IMG/VR virus record: IMGVR_UViG_2925307165_000003
Location: 6,264-70,263 of that record
Reading direction: 5' to 3' (one strand)
Length of the DNA: 64,000 bases
From: a virus
Taxonomy: Duplodnaviria > Caudoviricetes
Of this stretch, positions 48,924 through 58,286 are shown in pieces. Within the stretch, counting starts at the first letter, position 1. Every line of letters begins with the position of its first letter. A program made the translations under genes and the position numbers. The notes beneath the pieces were generated by a model. That model saw only the letters and a program-made list of their open reading frames with translations. It did no database searches and was not told the origin of the DNA.

Positions 48924-49688
48924 ATGAGCGAAAGTAGCATTTTTTTCTTTGAAGGGCAACACGAAGTGGCAGTTCTTACAAAAGCAGACGTTAATATTGA
49001 ATTCAAGGGCGACTTCATTATTAGGGCGAAAGATGTGTCTATAGCACTTGAATACCAAGGAGAATCCGCAACAAATCATGTTCTGAAGTTTTGCAAAGAG
49101 GAACAGATTTATCACATCAAGAATTCGGACATTTTGAATCGAAATGTCCGAAAGCTCAATAATGCTGGAGAAAAGTTTATTTCCAGCCTCTCACTCAACC
49201 GCGTTCTAGGACAATCTGCTCAACCGAAAGCTATCCCTTTTCAGGATTGGCTGTACGAAGATATGCTCCCAGCAATCCAGAAACATGGAATATACGCAAC
49301 AGACAATGTAATCGACAACATATTGAACAACCCCGACTTCGGAATTGAACTGCTGACAAAGCTCAAAGAGGAACGTGCCGCGCGGGTTCAGGCCGAACGA
49401 ACAAATGCCATTTTGATGCACGTTAATAAGACCTACACCGCCACAGAGATTGCAAAGGAGATCGGCTTTAAGTCTGCCAATGCACTCAATAGAGATTTGG
49501 AAGATCGGGGCATTCAATTCAAGCAGAATGAGACGTGGCTACTGTACAGCAAATACTCCGATTGTGGCTATGTCGAGATTAAACAAGAGGTTCTGGACAG
49601 CGGCAGAGTTGTGTATCATCGGCGATTCACTCAGCTGGGCAGGGAATGGCTGATTAAAATATACGAAAAGAAAAACGGCATTGCGTAA
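48924..49688 (+). CDS. Antirepressor-like protein (BRO-N plus KilAC/ANT)
   Basis: AIPFQDWLYEDMLPAIQKHGIY; TATEIAKEIG..SA.ALN..L....IQFKQ..TWLLY...FTQLGR. Confidence 0.88.
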   Translation: MSESSIFFFEGQHEVAVLTKADVNIEFKGDFIIRAKDVSIALEYQGESATNHVLKFCKEEQIYHIKNSDILNRNVRKLNNAGEKFISSLSLNRVLGQSAQPKAIPFQDWLYEDMLPAIQKHGIYATDNVIDNILNNPDFGIELLTKLKEERAARVQAERTNAILMHVNKTYTATEIAKEIGFKSANALNRDLEDRGIQFKQNETWLLYSKYSDCGYVEIKQEVLDSGRVVYHRRFTQLGREWLIKIYEKKNGIA

Positions 49689-49738
49689 CCATTCATAACT
49701 GGATGGTTATTATTTTTGCCTGAAAGGAGGCGTAACCT

Positions 49739-49951
49739 TTGGTGATTATAAAAAAACTTGAATTAGCACTTGATCTAACGAGACCTGCTGAAGAATTAGT
49801 TGAAGCGATTATAACAGTATTAGAATTTTACCCAGGACGACAATTTGAGATTTTGCAGCAAGTTGATCATAGAATCGGTGAAATGTTAGGTGCATTGCAA
49901 CCAAAAGAAAACACAAAATTAGAACCAGCAATAAATTCGGAAAAACAATAG
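49739..49951 (+). CDS. Hypothetical protein
   Basis: AAAGGAGG SD. Confidence 0.65.
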   Translation: MVIIKKLELALDLTRPAEELVEAIITVLEFYPGRQFEILQQVDHRIGEMLGALQPKENTKLEPAINSEKQ

Positions 49952-49968
49952 AAAGGGGGCGAATTGTA

Positions 49969-50427
49969 ATGACAAAATCTCAAATTGCTGCGTCAACAGT
50001 AGGCGCAGTACTTATTCCAACATTTGATTTTTTATACGGGGAGGCGGACGCTGTCGTAACCATCATGGTCGCACTTTTATTTTTTATTATCATGGATTGG
50101 TTATCTGGTATTCGAGCCGCCAAAAAGGATAACACATATGCCAGTAAATATGGAATTGATGGAGTCTTCCGGACATTCTTCATGTTGCTACTTCCCGCGG
50201 GTGGACATCTGCTTGATATGGTGTTCGGGTTGCCTGGAGCGATATTTGGAGCATTGTCTATCGGGACCTTGTACCACGTTTTGCAGAGCATGACAGCAAA
50301 CTCAATTCGAGCAGGATGGGGAGATTCACTTCCGTTGCCGATCTTGGAAGTAGTGCTCAAGTGGGTAGGGAGTGAGCTAGATAAAAAGGTCAAAAGGGCA
50401 GCGAGCAGACAAGGGGATGAAGAGTAA
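49969..50427 (+). CDS. Holin (phage holin 4_1-like)
   Basis: TM segments, MDWLSGIRAA; directly upstream of endolysin. Confidence 0.85.
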   Translation: MTKSQIAASTVGAVLIPTFDFLYGEADAVVTIMVALLFFIIMDWLSGIRAAKKDNTYASKYGIDGVFRTFFMLLLPAGGHLLDMVFGLPGAIFGALSIGTLYHVLQSMTANSIRAGWGDSLPLPILEVVLKWVGSELDKKVKRAASRQGDEE

Positions 50428-51128
50428 TGACACTGACGCTAGATCAAGTAAAGGCAAAGTCCGCCGCGCGGCTCTCCGGGCTGCAGCTAGTCGTTAAGAC
50501 TGCTACCGTAGCGCTGATTGAGCGCTGTTATATTCGGGGAGTAAATATAGTCATTACCCAAGGGCTTCGCACAATTGCCGAGCAGGACGCATTGTATGCT
50601 CAAGGACGTACTAAGCCAGGTAGCATAGTCACGAATGCCAAGGGAGGCACCAGTTACCATAACTATGGACTAGCTATCGATTTCGGATTGTTACTGCCAG
50701 ATGGCAAACAGGTATCTTGGGATTTAAAACGTGACGGTGATGGTGACAAGGTAGCTGATTGGATGGAGGTAGTTCAGGAGGCTAAAGCTCTTGGTTTTGA
50801 ATGGGGCGGTGATTTTGTTTCGATTAAGGATGCACCACATTTTCAAATAACTTTTGGGCTGACAACCTCACAATTACGTGCGGGTGCTAAGCCGTCAGAG
50901 ATCGCTATGGCGAAAGCATCTGCTGTTATAGATCGATACTTGAAGGAGTGTGAAGACGTGAGAGTAGATAAGGCAAATACAGTAGTGAACGGCAGTAAGC
51001 TAGCAGACGGGAGCGTTTTGATCGAAGGGAGAGTATATGTACCTCTAGCTGCAATAGGTAAAGCGCTAGGCGCTGATGTAACGTGGGATAATGTGACCAA
51101 AACGGCTACACTGACTACTAATAAGTAA
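50427..51128 (+). CDS. Endolysin, M15 L-Ala-D-Glu peptidase
   Basis: GLRTIAEQDALYAQGRT, SYHNYGLAID, WGGDF..IKDAPHFQ; C-terminal wall-binding-like domain. Confidence 0.93.
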   Translation: MTLTLDQVKAKSAARLSGLQLVVKTATVALIERCYIRGVNIVITQGLRTIAEQDALYAQGRTKPGSIVTNAKGGTSYHNYGLAIDFGLLLPDGKQVSWDLKRDGDGDKVADWMEVVQEAKALGFEWGGDFVSIKDAPHFQITFGLTTSQLRAGAKPSEIAMAKASAVIDRYLKECEDVRVDKANTVVNGSKLADGSVLIEGRVYVPLAAIGKALGADVTWDNVTKTATLTTNK

Positions 51129-51259
51129 TTCCCCAAGCGTTTGGGATTATGCTCACTTGTTATAGCTGGTTTTTCTTTTTAATTGGTGACACATGCCCAA
51201 GCATGAGGCGAAACAACCACATAAGTTATCTTAATTCATTTGCAAAGGAGGAAAAATAA

Positions 51260-51382
51260 ATGGGTGGAAATGTTGGAGGAGTTGGTGGCGTTGGCCATCA
51301 CCATGTTGGATTCACATCCACTGGTGCGATTCTGGTTCTTTATATCTTGCTGGTCATTATCCTTTGTTCATGCTTTATCTAA
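51260..51382 (+). CDS. YjcZ/SscA-family small sporulation protein (not in ORF track)
   Basis: AAAGGAGG SD; MGGNVGGVGGVGHHHVGFTSTGAILVLYILLVIILCSCFI. Confidence 0.85.
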   Translation: MGGNVGGVGGVGHHHVGFTSTGAILVLYILLVIILCSCFI

Positions 51383-51521
51383 ATTCTCAAACGCTTTGTA
51401 TTGTGCCCATTAGATCTTGTTGGTGACTAGAACATTAAGCAAACATTTATCGTCTCTTCATACAGTCCTAAGCTAAGAAGATTATAATAATCACATAACC
51501 CCCTTATAATATATATATAGA

Positions 51522-51551
51522 CCCTGCCGGCTGTTGGTAGGGTCATTTTTT
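51522..51551 (+). terminator. Intrinsic terminator
   Basis: GACCCTGCCGGC/GTTGGTAGGGTC plus T-tract. Confidence 0.7.
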
Positions 51552-51678
51552 TGACAACTGGTTTCGGCTGCTGGGATTTTTATTGAAAAAATTACAAAAA
51601 TAAAGGGAATATTTTCTTTTTTGGCGAATGTTCTTAGAGGGAGAGAGCCAACAATAAAATACATCGGAGGTTAAGAAG

Positions 51679-53553
51679 ATGCAATTTGATTTACATTATT
51701 TTATGAAGGCAAAGCCAGCAATTGTAGACAATGACGATCTAAGAGAGCCACAGATCCTGGCGTATATTGATGCTTTTAATCACTTCAATAAAGAGGGCTC
51801 AAGTAGAGATGCAATAATCATTTTGCCGACAGGCGCAGGAAAAACTGGCGTCATGGGGTTAGTTCCATTTGGATTATGTCAAGGTCGCGTTTTGATAATT
51901 ACTCCACAGTTAGTTATTAAAGATCACGTTATTGAGTCCTTAGATCCATCTGTACCAGATAATTTTTGGTTGAAAAGAAAAGTGATGAAAGAGTATAAGG
52001 AATTGCCTATCGTAAATGAATACGATAACGACATAAATCAAGAAGAACTAGAAAATAGCAACATCGTAATTTTGAATATACATAAATTAACTACTCGCTT
52101 TAGAAATTCTCTTTTAAAGCGAGTTGATCCTGATTTTTTCGATATGATTATTATTGATGAAGCACATCATTCACCTGCCGACACTTGGCAAAATGCATTG
52201 AATTATTTCAATAAATCAAAAGTAATCAAAGTAACGGGAACCCCCTTTAGAACGGACAGAAAACCTATTGAAGGAAAGATAATCACTGATTATGGCTTAG
52301 GAAGAGCTATGCAACAAAATATTGTTAAGTCACTAGAAAACTTTAAACTATTACCCGAGAAGGTTTATTTGACGATTGACAATGATTTTACTAAAAAATA
52401 TACGATTGATGAAGTTCGTTCCCTCGGTATTAAAGATGATAACTACATAGCCCGAAGTGTTGCTTTATCACGTGAATGCAACGAGCAAATCATTGATGAG
52501 AGTATCAATGCATTAAGAGCGAAGAAATTAGGTTCCAACATACCTCATAAGATCATTGCAGTTGCATGTAGTATCGATCATGCAGAAGCCTTGGAAAAAA
52601 TGTATGAAGAAAAGGGGCTTAGAGCAAGATTAATTCACAGTGATCTTGATAAAGATGTAAGAAAAAGGATATTAACTGATGTCGAGAATAATAGATGTGA
52701 TGTAATTGTGCATGTTGCAATGTTGGGGGAAGGTTATGACCATATATACTTATCTGTAGCGGCGATTTTCAGGCCTTTTAAATCTTTAGCGCCTTACTCT
52801 CAATTTATCGGACGAATATTAAGATATATCGATGAGCCCGGCACAATGAAACCCTCCGACAATATCGGAATAGTAATTGCTCATAGAGACTTAGGACTGG
52901 AACCTTTGTGGCGGGAGTATCAGAAAGAACTTAAAATTAAAGAAGTGATTGAAAAGGTGAGGGAACAAGAGAAGAAAGAAAGGGATCTGACCAGGGAATT
53001 AGGTGGGACTTATGAAAAAGGCATTGCAAGTGTGGAACTATTAGGAGAACTTGATACTGAATCGGAGTACTATTTAACAACAACATTAACAGAGGAAAAT
53101 GAGAAGTTTGAAGCTGAGTTACAAGAAAAAATTGAATCCTTCAAAAGTATTTTACCTAATTCAACCGAAGAAGATATTAGAAAGTTTATTATTTCTCAAG
53201 AAAAACCCAAGGATGAAAATCCTTTGTTGAAGTCTCCTAAAAAATATCGGATGTTTGTACGTAAGGAGTTTCATGACAATGTTTATTCAAACATTCCAGC
53301 TAAACTTATTAGTGAGTTCGGGGTTGAGAAGGAGGGGAGAGAGTTTGCTAAGGCGCTACCTTCTAAGTATTTTTACTTGAAAAATGATCCGAAGCTTGAT
53401 AATGCCGGATTAGTCACGAGGTATCTAAACGAACAATTAAAAGAAGAATTCGGCCCTAGGGATGTATGGACTTTAGATAACTTCTTTAGGGCACAGGAAT
53501 ACCTAGAAGACCTTGTTAAGCATTTGGCTGAAATGATACAATTATCCTTATGA
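51679..53553 (+). CDS. SF2 DEAD/DEAH-box helicase (ResIII-like)
   Basis: PTGAGKT, IIIDEAHH, VTGTPFRTD, MLGEGYD, QFIGRILR. Confidence 0.92.
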   Translation: MQFDLHYFMKAKPAIVDNDDLREPQILAYIDAFNHFNKEGSSRDAIIILPTGAGKTGVMGLVPFGLCQGRVLIITPQLVIKDHVIESLDPSVPDNFWLKRKVMKEYKELPIVNEYDNDINQEELENSNIVILNIHKLTTRFRNSLLKRVDPDFFDMIIIDEAHHSPADTWQNALNYFNKSKVIKVTGTPFRTDRKPIEGKIITDYGLGRAMQQNIVKSLENFKLLPEKVYLTIDNDFTKKYTIDEVRSLGIKDDNYIARSVALSRECNEQIIDESINALRAKKLGSNIPHKIIAVACSIDHAEALEKMYEEKGLRARLIHSDLDKDVRKRILTDVENNRCDVIVHVAMLGEGYDHIYLSVAAIFRPFKSLAPYSQFIGRILRYIDEPGTMKPSDNIGIVIAHRDLGLEPLWREYQKELKIKEVIEKVREQEKKERDLTRELGGTYEKGIASVELLGELDTESEYYLTTTLTEENEKFEAELQEKIESFKSILPNSTEEDIRKFIISQEKPKDENPLLKSPKKYRMFVRKEFHDNVYSNIPAKLISEFGVEKEGREFAKALPSKYFYLKNDPKLDNAGLVTRYLNEQLKEEFGPRDVWTLDNFFRAQEYLEDLVKHLAEMIQLSL

Positions 53554-53567
53554 AGGAGTGAACACAA

Positions 53568-53903
53568 ATGATTAGTATTACTAATGAGTTATATGACTTG
53601 ATTTACAAAAATTCTGTGTGGCCACAAGATTTATTGGAAAACCTTAAAGACCCGGATTACTTAAGCGTTAAATTCGATTCTTACCTGCAGGGAACTATGG
53701 CAGAAGTGGTTTTTTTAGATGAAGGTAAAAAGATTATCGCGAATTATTTCTTTAACAGTAAAGGTCTTGTTCAAAAAATCGAAATGATTGAAAACGAAAG
53801 TGTATTTACCGTGTACAGCCGTATTGATGAAATTGCTAAATTGTTACTCAAAACGGATAATATCCATTGTTTACAAGAGATCGTAAATCTTATTGCAGCA
53901 TAG
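53568..53903 (+). CDS. Hypothetical protein, operon partner of the helicase
   Basis: AAGGAG SD; starts 14 bp after helicase stop; shared terminator. Confidence 0.75.
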   Translation: MISITNELYDLIYKNSVWPQDLLENLKDPDYLSVKFDSYLQGTMAEVVFLDEGKKIIANYFFNSKGLVQKIEMIENESVFTVYSRIDEIAKLLLKTDNIHCLQEIVNLIAA

Positions 53904-53916
53904 ACTACAAGCATCT

Positions 53917-53940
53917 GCCCCTGTCTGGGGCTTTTTTTGT
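53917..53940 (+). terminator. Intrinsic terminator
   Basis: GCCCC/GGGGC plus T7. Confidence 0.7.
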
Positions 53941-54137
53941 TTCAGGTAAGTTTCCTTACCAGTGATATAGAGTGCATATACATAATGTTCCAGATAAAAA
54001 TATATAATTTCATTATGTTCTGACACTCCGTTACCCTACCGTAGGTAGGGTAGGTTATTTTTAAGAGTGTAATGATAGAGTGTTTGATGTTATTTTTATG
54101 GGCCTCTAAATCTTGAAAGCGTGGTGAGAAATTAGTT

Positions 54138-54674
54138 TTGAAGAAACGGTTAGAAAAAAGGTTGGCTTATTTATATTCTGGCGAATTATTTTCTTTAATT
54201 GGTTTTGTCCCGATTAGTTTTCTACTAAATTACGAATTCCCCAATCTACAATTATATTCACTATATTCATTTTGGATATCTTTTATCATTCTTGAGTTTC
54301 TTTTATTGCAAGGGACGATTTATTGGTATGTAAAGCTTAAGAGACTACGAAATGAGAATAACTCTATAACTCCAATTAATGTCGTTCGTCAATTACGTTA
54401 TTCAAAAACGTTGGACATAGTTATGATTATGACTACAATAGTTGTATTTGGTTTTGATTTAATTAAATGGTATCCGTCTTTGCCAATAGGTGGGTTATTA
54501 ATTTCTTTATTCATTTATTTCTTTGCTATCTTAGAGTTTATTAACTATTTTTACATCCAACTTTCATACGATAATGTCTCTGATATAAAAAAATTAAGTA
54601 AAAGAAGAAAATTGAAGAAATCATGCATAAATAAAGACCTTAAACGATTAAGAAATTGGAATTCTGAAAACTGA
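54138..54674 (+). CDS. Multi-pass membrane protein
   Basis: About 4 hydrophobic segments; EFINYFYIQLSYD. Confidence 0.7.
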   Translation: MKKRLEKRLAYLYSGELFSLIGFVPISFLLNYEFPNLQLYSLYSFWISFIILEFLLLQGTIYWYVKLKRLRNENNSITPINVVRQLRYSKTLDIVMIMTTIVVFGFDLIKWYPSLPIGGLLISLFIYFFAILEFINYFYIQLSYDNVSDIKKLSKRRKLKKSCINKDLKRLRNWNSEN

Positions 54675-54703
54675 GGTCTAATATTTTACCTTTTAGGGAT
54701 GAG

Positions 54704-54922
54704 TGTATAAGCAATACATATAAAGTTCTAAAGACAGACTCTGAATTTCTAACAGTTGCCTTAAAACAGTCTCAAGTGGATATAATTGAACGCCGTGGTA
54801 AACTGGCCGGCTGTATAATTGATTGTGAGGGTCCAATCCAGAAATGGAGTCCTGTTAGTGTCAAAGTTGCTGATGCTTATTACATGAGAAATGAATTTGA
54901 GTTTAGGATGGTTTTGGCATAA
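54704..54922 (+). pseudogene. Degraded small ORF
   Basis: Open frame KVLKTDSEFL...YYMRNEFEFRMVLA* with frameshifted 5' end. Confidence 0.4.
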
Positions 54923-55228
54923 GCAATATAACAAATAACCAATCAGCTTTAACTGTTTGTTTTTTTGTGTTTCGAAATCAGGTTTTCGGTTTCTTATTTT
55001 TTGGGAGCAATTAAATTAATAAACTATTTATAAAATTGTTCGTCAAAAAAAATCCTGTCCATTGTAAAGGTTAAAAATAGTGGAAATTTAAGTCTATCAC
55101 ACTCTTATAGGCATTAATGATTTATTGGATATTGTGTCATACAATTGTTTGAATTTGGATATTTTTTCACTGGATTTATTGACAAAATATAGTATATATT
55201 ATATAACGATTACAACGGAGGAGAAAAT

Positions 55229-55426
55229 ATGAAAAAAATAATGCCGAGTATAATTTTATCATTACTATCATTTCCGCTAGCAAATTTAATGCTATTCATT
55301 TATTTCAAAATTCTACCTCCATATGGTAGCAGTGAAATTGCATTATTGTCATGTGTTATTTCGATTAATTTTATTTCTTTTATTATTGCATTTTATGCAG
55401 TGATAGATAATAAAAATGGGAGGTAA
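55229..55426 (+). CDS. Small 2-TM membrane protein
   Basis: GGAGG SD; promoter TTGACA 55179, 17 bp, TATAAC. Confidence 0.65.
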   Translation: MKKIMPSIILSLLSFPLANLMLFIYFKILPPYGSSEIALLSCVISINFISFIIAFYAVIDNKNGR

Positions 55427-55432
55427 CATTTT

Positions 55433-56044
55433 ATGAACAAAGGGCTAAAAAAAATTATCGTGAGTACAATGGCTATTAGTCTCAGCTTGTCAATTCCTAT
55501 TGCAGCAAATGCTGCTACTGAACCTGTCGAGAGTGAAGCTCAAGCAGTAAACGAAAATGTTATTTTTACAGTAGATGTTAATTCTGAAACAGAGTTAAAC
55601 CAATTTTTGACCGAACTTGATGCTCACAACAAAAAATCACAAGCACTGTGGGAAAACGCTTTGGTAAGATCTCAAAATCCATCGGTTGAAAGAGAAGAAG
55701 TAGCTAACATATCTCCTAGATCTGTAGAGATAAGCTCAGTATCAAAGTATGTCAAATTCTCTGGACATTCAGGAAATTTAGGAGCTTATGTTTCTTATAA
55801 TAGGGAGACTAGAGGGTCTTCTTACATATTTGGAGATATCAATGGATTTTATATGTACGGTTCCAGCTCTACTACTACGGTTTCAAATCTAAACTATGAT
55901 GGCGTAAAAATCGATGCTAGCAGAACATATGCTGTTACTTCTACTCTTTTGGTAGGTGTGAAAGATTATCATGACAATTTTAGTTATTATCCTTACCAAG
56001 CTTATATAGAGTTTAATACTTCCGGTTCAGGTACTTGGTACTAA
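55433..56044 (+). CDS. Secreted protein
   Basis: Sec signal ending IAANAA; acidic N-region; Tyr/Ser/Gly-rich C-domain; terminator 56080-56117. Confidence 0.75.
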   Translation: MNKGLKKIIVSTMAISLSLSIPIAANAATEPVESEAQAVNENVIFTVDVNSETELNQFLTELDAHNKKSQALWENALVRSQNPSVEREEVANISPRSVEISSVSKYVKFSGHSGNLGAYVSYNRETRGSSYIFGDINGFYMYGSSSTTTVSNLNYDGVKIDASRTYAVTSTLLVGVKDYHDNFSYYPYQAYIEFNTSGSGTWY

Positions 56045-56238
56045 TATTTATATAATACACATTTTAATTTAAAATTGTTTGAAGAAGTCTAGTTAACACT
56101 GGACTTCTTCTTTTTTAGTTGTTTTAAATGGTTTGAGTTAGCTGCATGGTATACGCAAGTTGGTGGATTTTTATTAAAAGCAAGCGTAGGCTTTGTTGGA
56201 GTAGATTTGAATTTTGAACTTACACATAAACCCCCCAT

Positions 56239-56317
56239 TAAACATAATGTTCGATGGGGTATTTTTTTTACATTGATTTACGAACACATGTTTGGTTATA
56301 ATACAAACAAACGTTCT
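56239..56317 (+). promoter_or_regulatory. LexA (SOS)-box-controlled promoter
   Basis: CGAACACATGTTTG at 56281-56294 between TTGATT and TATAAT; further box-like sites near 56239 and 56304; resembles Bacillales CGAACN4GTTCY. Confidence 0.8.
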
Positions 56318-56337
56318 TGTTTTGGGAGGCTATCAAC

Positions 56338-56535
56338 ATGCAAATGCAGATTGGTCAAACCGTTGAAATTGTTTACTTAGATAAAGTCGGCAAGATTACT
56401 CAGCGTAAAATTGATATTAAAGGCATAAAGGACGGGAAGATTCGCGCAACATGCTTAAATATAGGAGCGCCGAGGATGTTTTTGGCGAGAAACATATTAG
56501 CATGGCAGCCAAGTGATAAAGGAGCAATTGCATGA
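56338..56535 (+). CDS. Small WYL-like protein
   Basis: VEIVYLDKVGKITQRKI...ATCL...APRMF. Confidence 0.7.
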   Translation: MQMQIGQTVEIVYLDKVGKITQRKIDIKGIKDGKIRATCLNIGAPRMFLARNILAWQPSDKGAIA

Positions 56536-56777
56536 AGCTATTAACGGATAAAGAAAAAGAAGTCCTTGAAGCGTTGATTAAGATGATCAAAGTCAATCAC
56601 TATCCACCAACGTTACGTGAACTTGCCAAGGAGGTAGGGTTGTCATCTACAGCGGTAATACATGCGCACATGGAGCGCCTAGAGATTAAGGGGTACATAC
56701 AGAGAGGTAAGAACTTGCCACGAGCGTTGAGAGTTATTAAGGGAGTCGACGAAGACAATGAAACCACAACAGCGTAA
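56532..56777 (+). CDS. LexA DNA-binding-domain-only protein
   Basis: LT.KE.EVL...YPPTLRELAKEVGLSSTAVIHAHMERLEIKGYIQR...PRAL; no peptidase domain. Confidence 0.88.
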   Translation: MKLLTDKEKEVLEALIKMIKVNHYPPTLRELAKEVGLSSTAVIHAHMERLEIKGYIQRGKNLPRALRVIKGVDEDNETTTA

Positions 56778-57102
56778 GAAACTTGAAGGTAATGGACTTT
56801 GGGAGGGAAGTCGGATGATAATGCCTGAGCATAAAAATAGGATTCTGGACGATTCGCTGAATGAAGAGGTGCGATCAAAGCCTGATTTGGATCCCCAAGC
56901 ATTAGCTGAAATCTCACAGGTATTAGCTCAATCTTTAGAGGATTGCAGTTCGATCACGATTACATTGTTTGGGGAACATGAGGACAGATCCATCTATGGA
57001 ATAGTTATGAGAGTAGATCAGTATCTTAGACAGATTAAATTCCGTCAAGATGATGATTGGGAGTGGATTAAAATAGAAAAGATTGTAGATGTGATTACAT
57101 AA
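56758..57102 (+). CDS. YolD-like protein
   Basis: KKLEGNGLWEGSRMIMPEHK...KPDLD. Confidence 0.85.
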   Translation: MKPQQRKKLEGNGLWEGSRMIMPEHKNRILDDSLNEEVRSKPDLDPQALAEISQVLAQSLEDCSSITITLFGEHEDRSIYGIVMRVDQYLRQIKFRQDDDWEWIKIEKIVDVIT

Positions 57103-57146
57103 AAACACTGTTCGTCTTCAGAAGTGACGGCGAACAGTGTTTTTTA
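57101..57146. terminator. Bidirectional terminator
   Basis: AAAAACACTGTTCG/CGAACAGTGTTTTT. Confidence 0.75.
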
Positions 57147-57269
57147 CTATATATAGTGTTTTTTTTGTGATTTGAACCTTTTATTACAAGGTATGTTGAC
57201 ATCAGCATATCGTTCTGTTTATAATTTATACATCAGATTATATTAATCTGAAATTCTTGCAGAGGAGGG

Positions 57270-57746
57270 ATGGAAATGGCTGTACATGGATATGCTGCGC
57301 CTATTGTATCGGAACTGGTGGGCATACCATATGCCACCTTGGATTCCTGGGTAAGAACAGGGTTCTTCATTCCTGAAATTGCCCAAGCTTCTGGAAAAGG
57401 GAGTCGTAGATTATATTCTTTTTCCGATGTATGCATCCTGAAGATACTTCAATTACTCAGAGTCAGAGGACTGAACTCGGAAACACAAAGCCAATTAATT
57501 AATCTATTAAGAACTGGTGAGAAGGAGGTAGAGGCATATGGCAAGGACGACATTGCATTATTTAAAAACGGAGAATTTATTATTGAAAAAAAAGAAAGAG
57601 TCAAGAGTATAAGTTATGAAGAATTAGAAGATATATATTTTATAATACCGATCGGAAGATTTATTAAAGAACTTAAGAGAGATATCACTGCACGTGACAT
57701 TCATAGTGTAATTGCAAATGAAGACAGAAAAGTAAAGGTGGGATAA
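57270..57746 (+). CDS. MerR-type HTH protein
   Basis: GIPYATLDSWVRTG...GKGSRRLYSFSDV; promoter TTGACA-18-TATAAT at 57196-57225. Confidence 0.8.
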   Translation: MEMAVHGYAAPIVSELVGIPYATLDSWVRTGFFIPEIAQASGKGSRRLYSFSDVCILKILQLLRVRGLNSETQSQLINLLRTGEKEVEAYGKDDIALFKNGEFIIEKKERVKSISYEELEDIYFIIPIGRFIKELKRDITARDIHSVIANEDRKVKVG

Positions 57747-57954
57747 AACGTGGCAGAAGAAAAAAGTAGCCGTCGCTCTTGTAGGGAGCCAACGGCTGTG
57801 TAGAGGTTCATAACTGACACAATCGGCGTCCATGTGTGTAGTGAACCGGCTACAAAAATAATATTAATAAAAACATCGTACAATAATATTATCACATGGA
57901 TCAAGCTCCCGGCAAGATACAATTTATTGGCAATTGCCAGGGAGGTCATCAAAA

Positions 57955-58197
57955 ATGACTAATATTATACCATTTGACAACAGTTCCGAGAAACCCAAGA
58001 AAAAGCAGAGCAAGTACATCAAGAAGGTTATTAACGGACAAGAACTTACTTGGAGCATCGAGTTTCAGGCTTGGGGTGTTTTCCGCCCTTACCGAAAGAA
58101 TCAAAAGACTGGCGAACTTGAATGGGCGAAGATGTACGGGAAAAGAGCTTTTTTCATTCCTGTCTATTATGGTCCATTGATGGACGATGTTGACTAA
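57955..58197 (+). CDS. Small basic hypothetical protein
   Basis: AGGGAGG SD before ATG 57955. Confidence 0.65.
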   Translation: MTNIIPFDNSSEKPKKKQSKYIKKVINGQELTWSIEFQAWGVFRPYRKNQKTGELEWAKMYGKRAFFIPVYYGPLMDDVD

Positions 58198-58249
58198 TTA
58201 AATAAATAACTCCCGTTTTATACTCCGGTTCGTATTTATCGGGAAAAGG

Positions 58250-58286
58250 ACAAGCCCCGTCAGTGAATTACTCTGGCGGGGCTTGT
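58250..58286. terminator. Terminator between convergent genes
   Basis: ACAAGCCCCGTCAG/CTGGCGGGGCTTGT. Confidence 0.7.

Noticed and set aside
483-50393. Numerous 60-175 aa antisense or out-of-frame ORFs within large genes
   Set aside because: Shadow ORFs of well-supported + strand genes, without SD or recognisable motifs
51679-53553. Type I or III restriction-modification system
   Set aside because: No methyltransferase or specificity subunit and no evident nuclease motif
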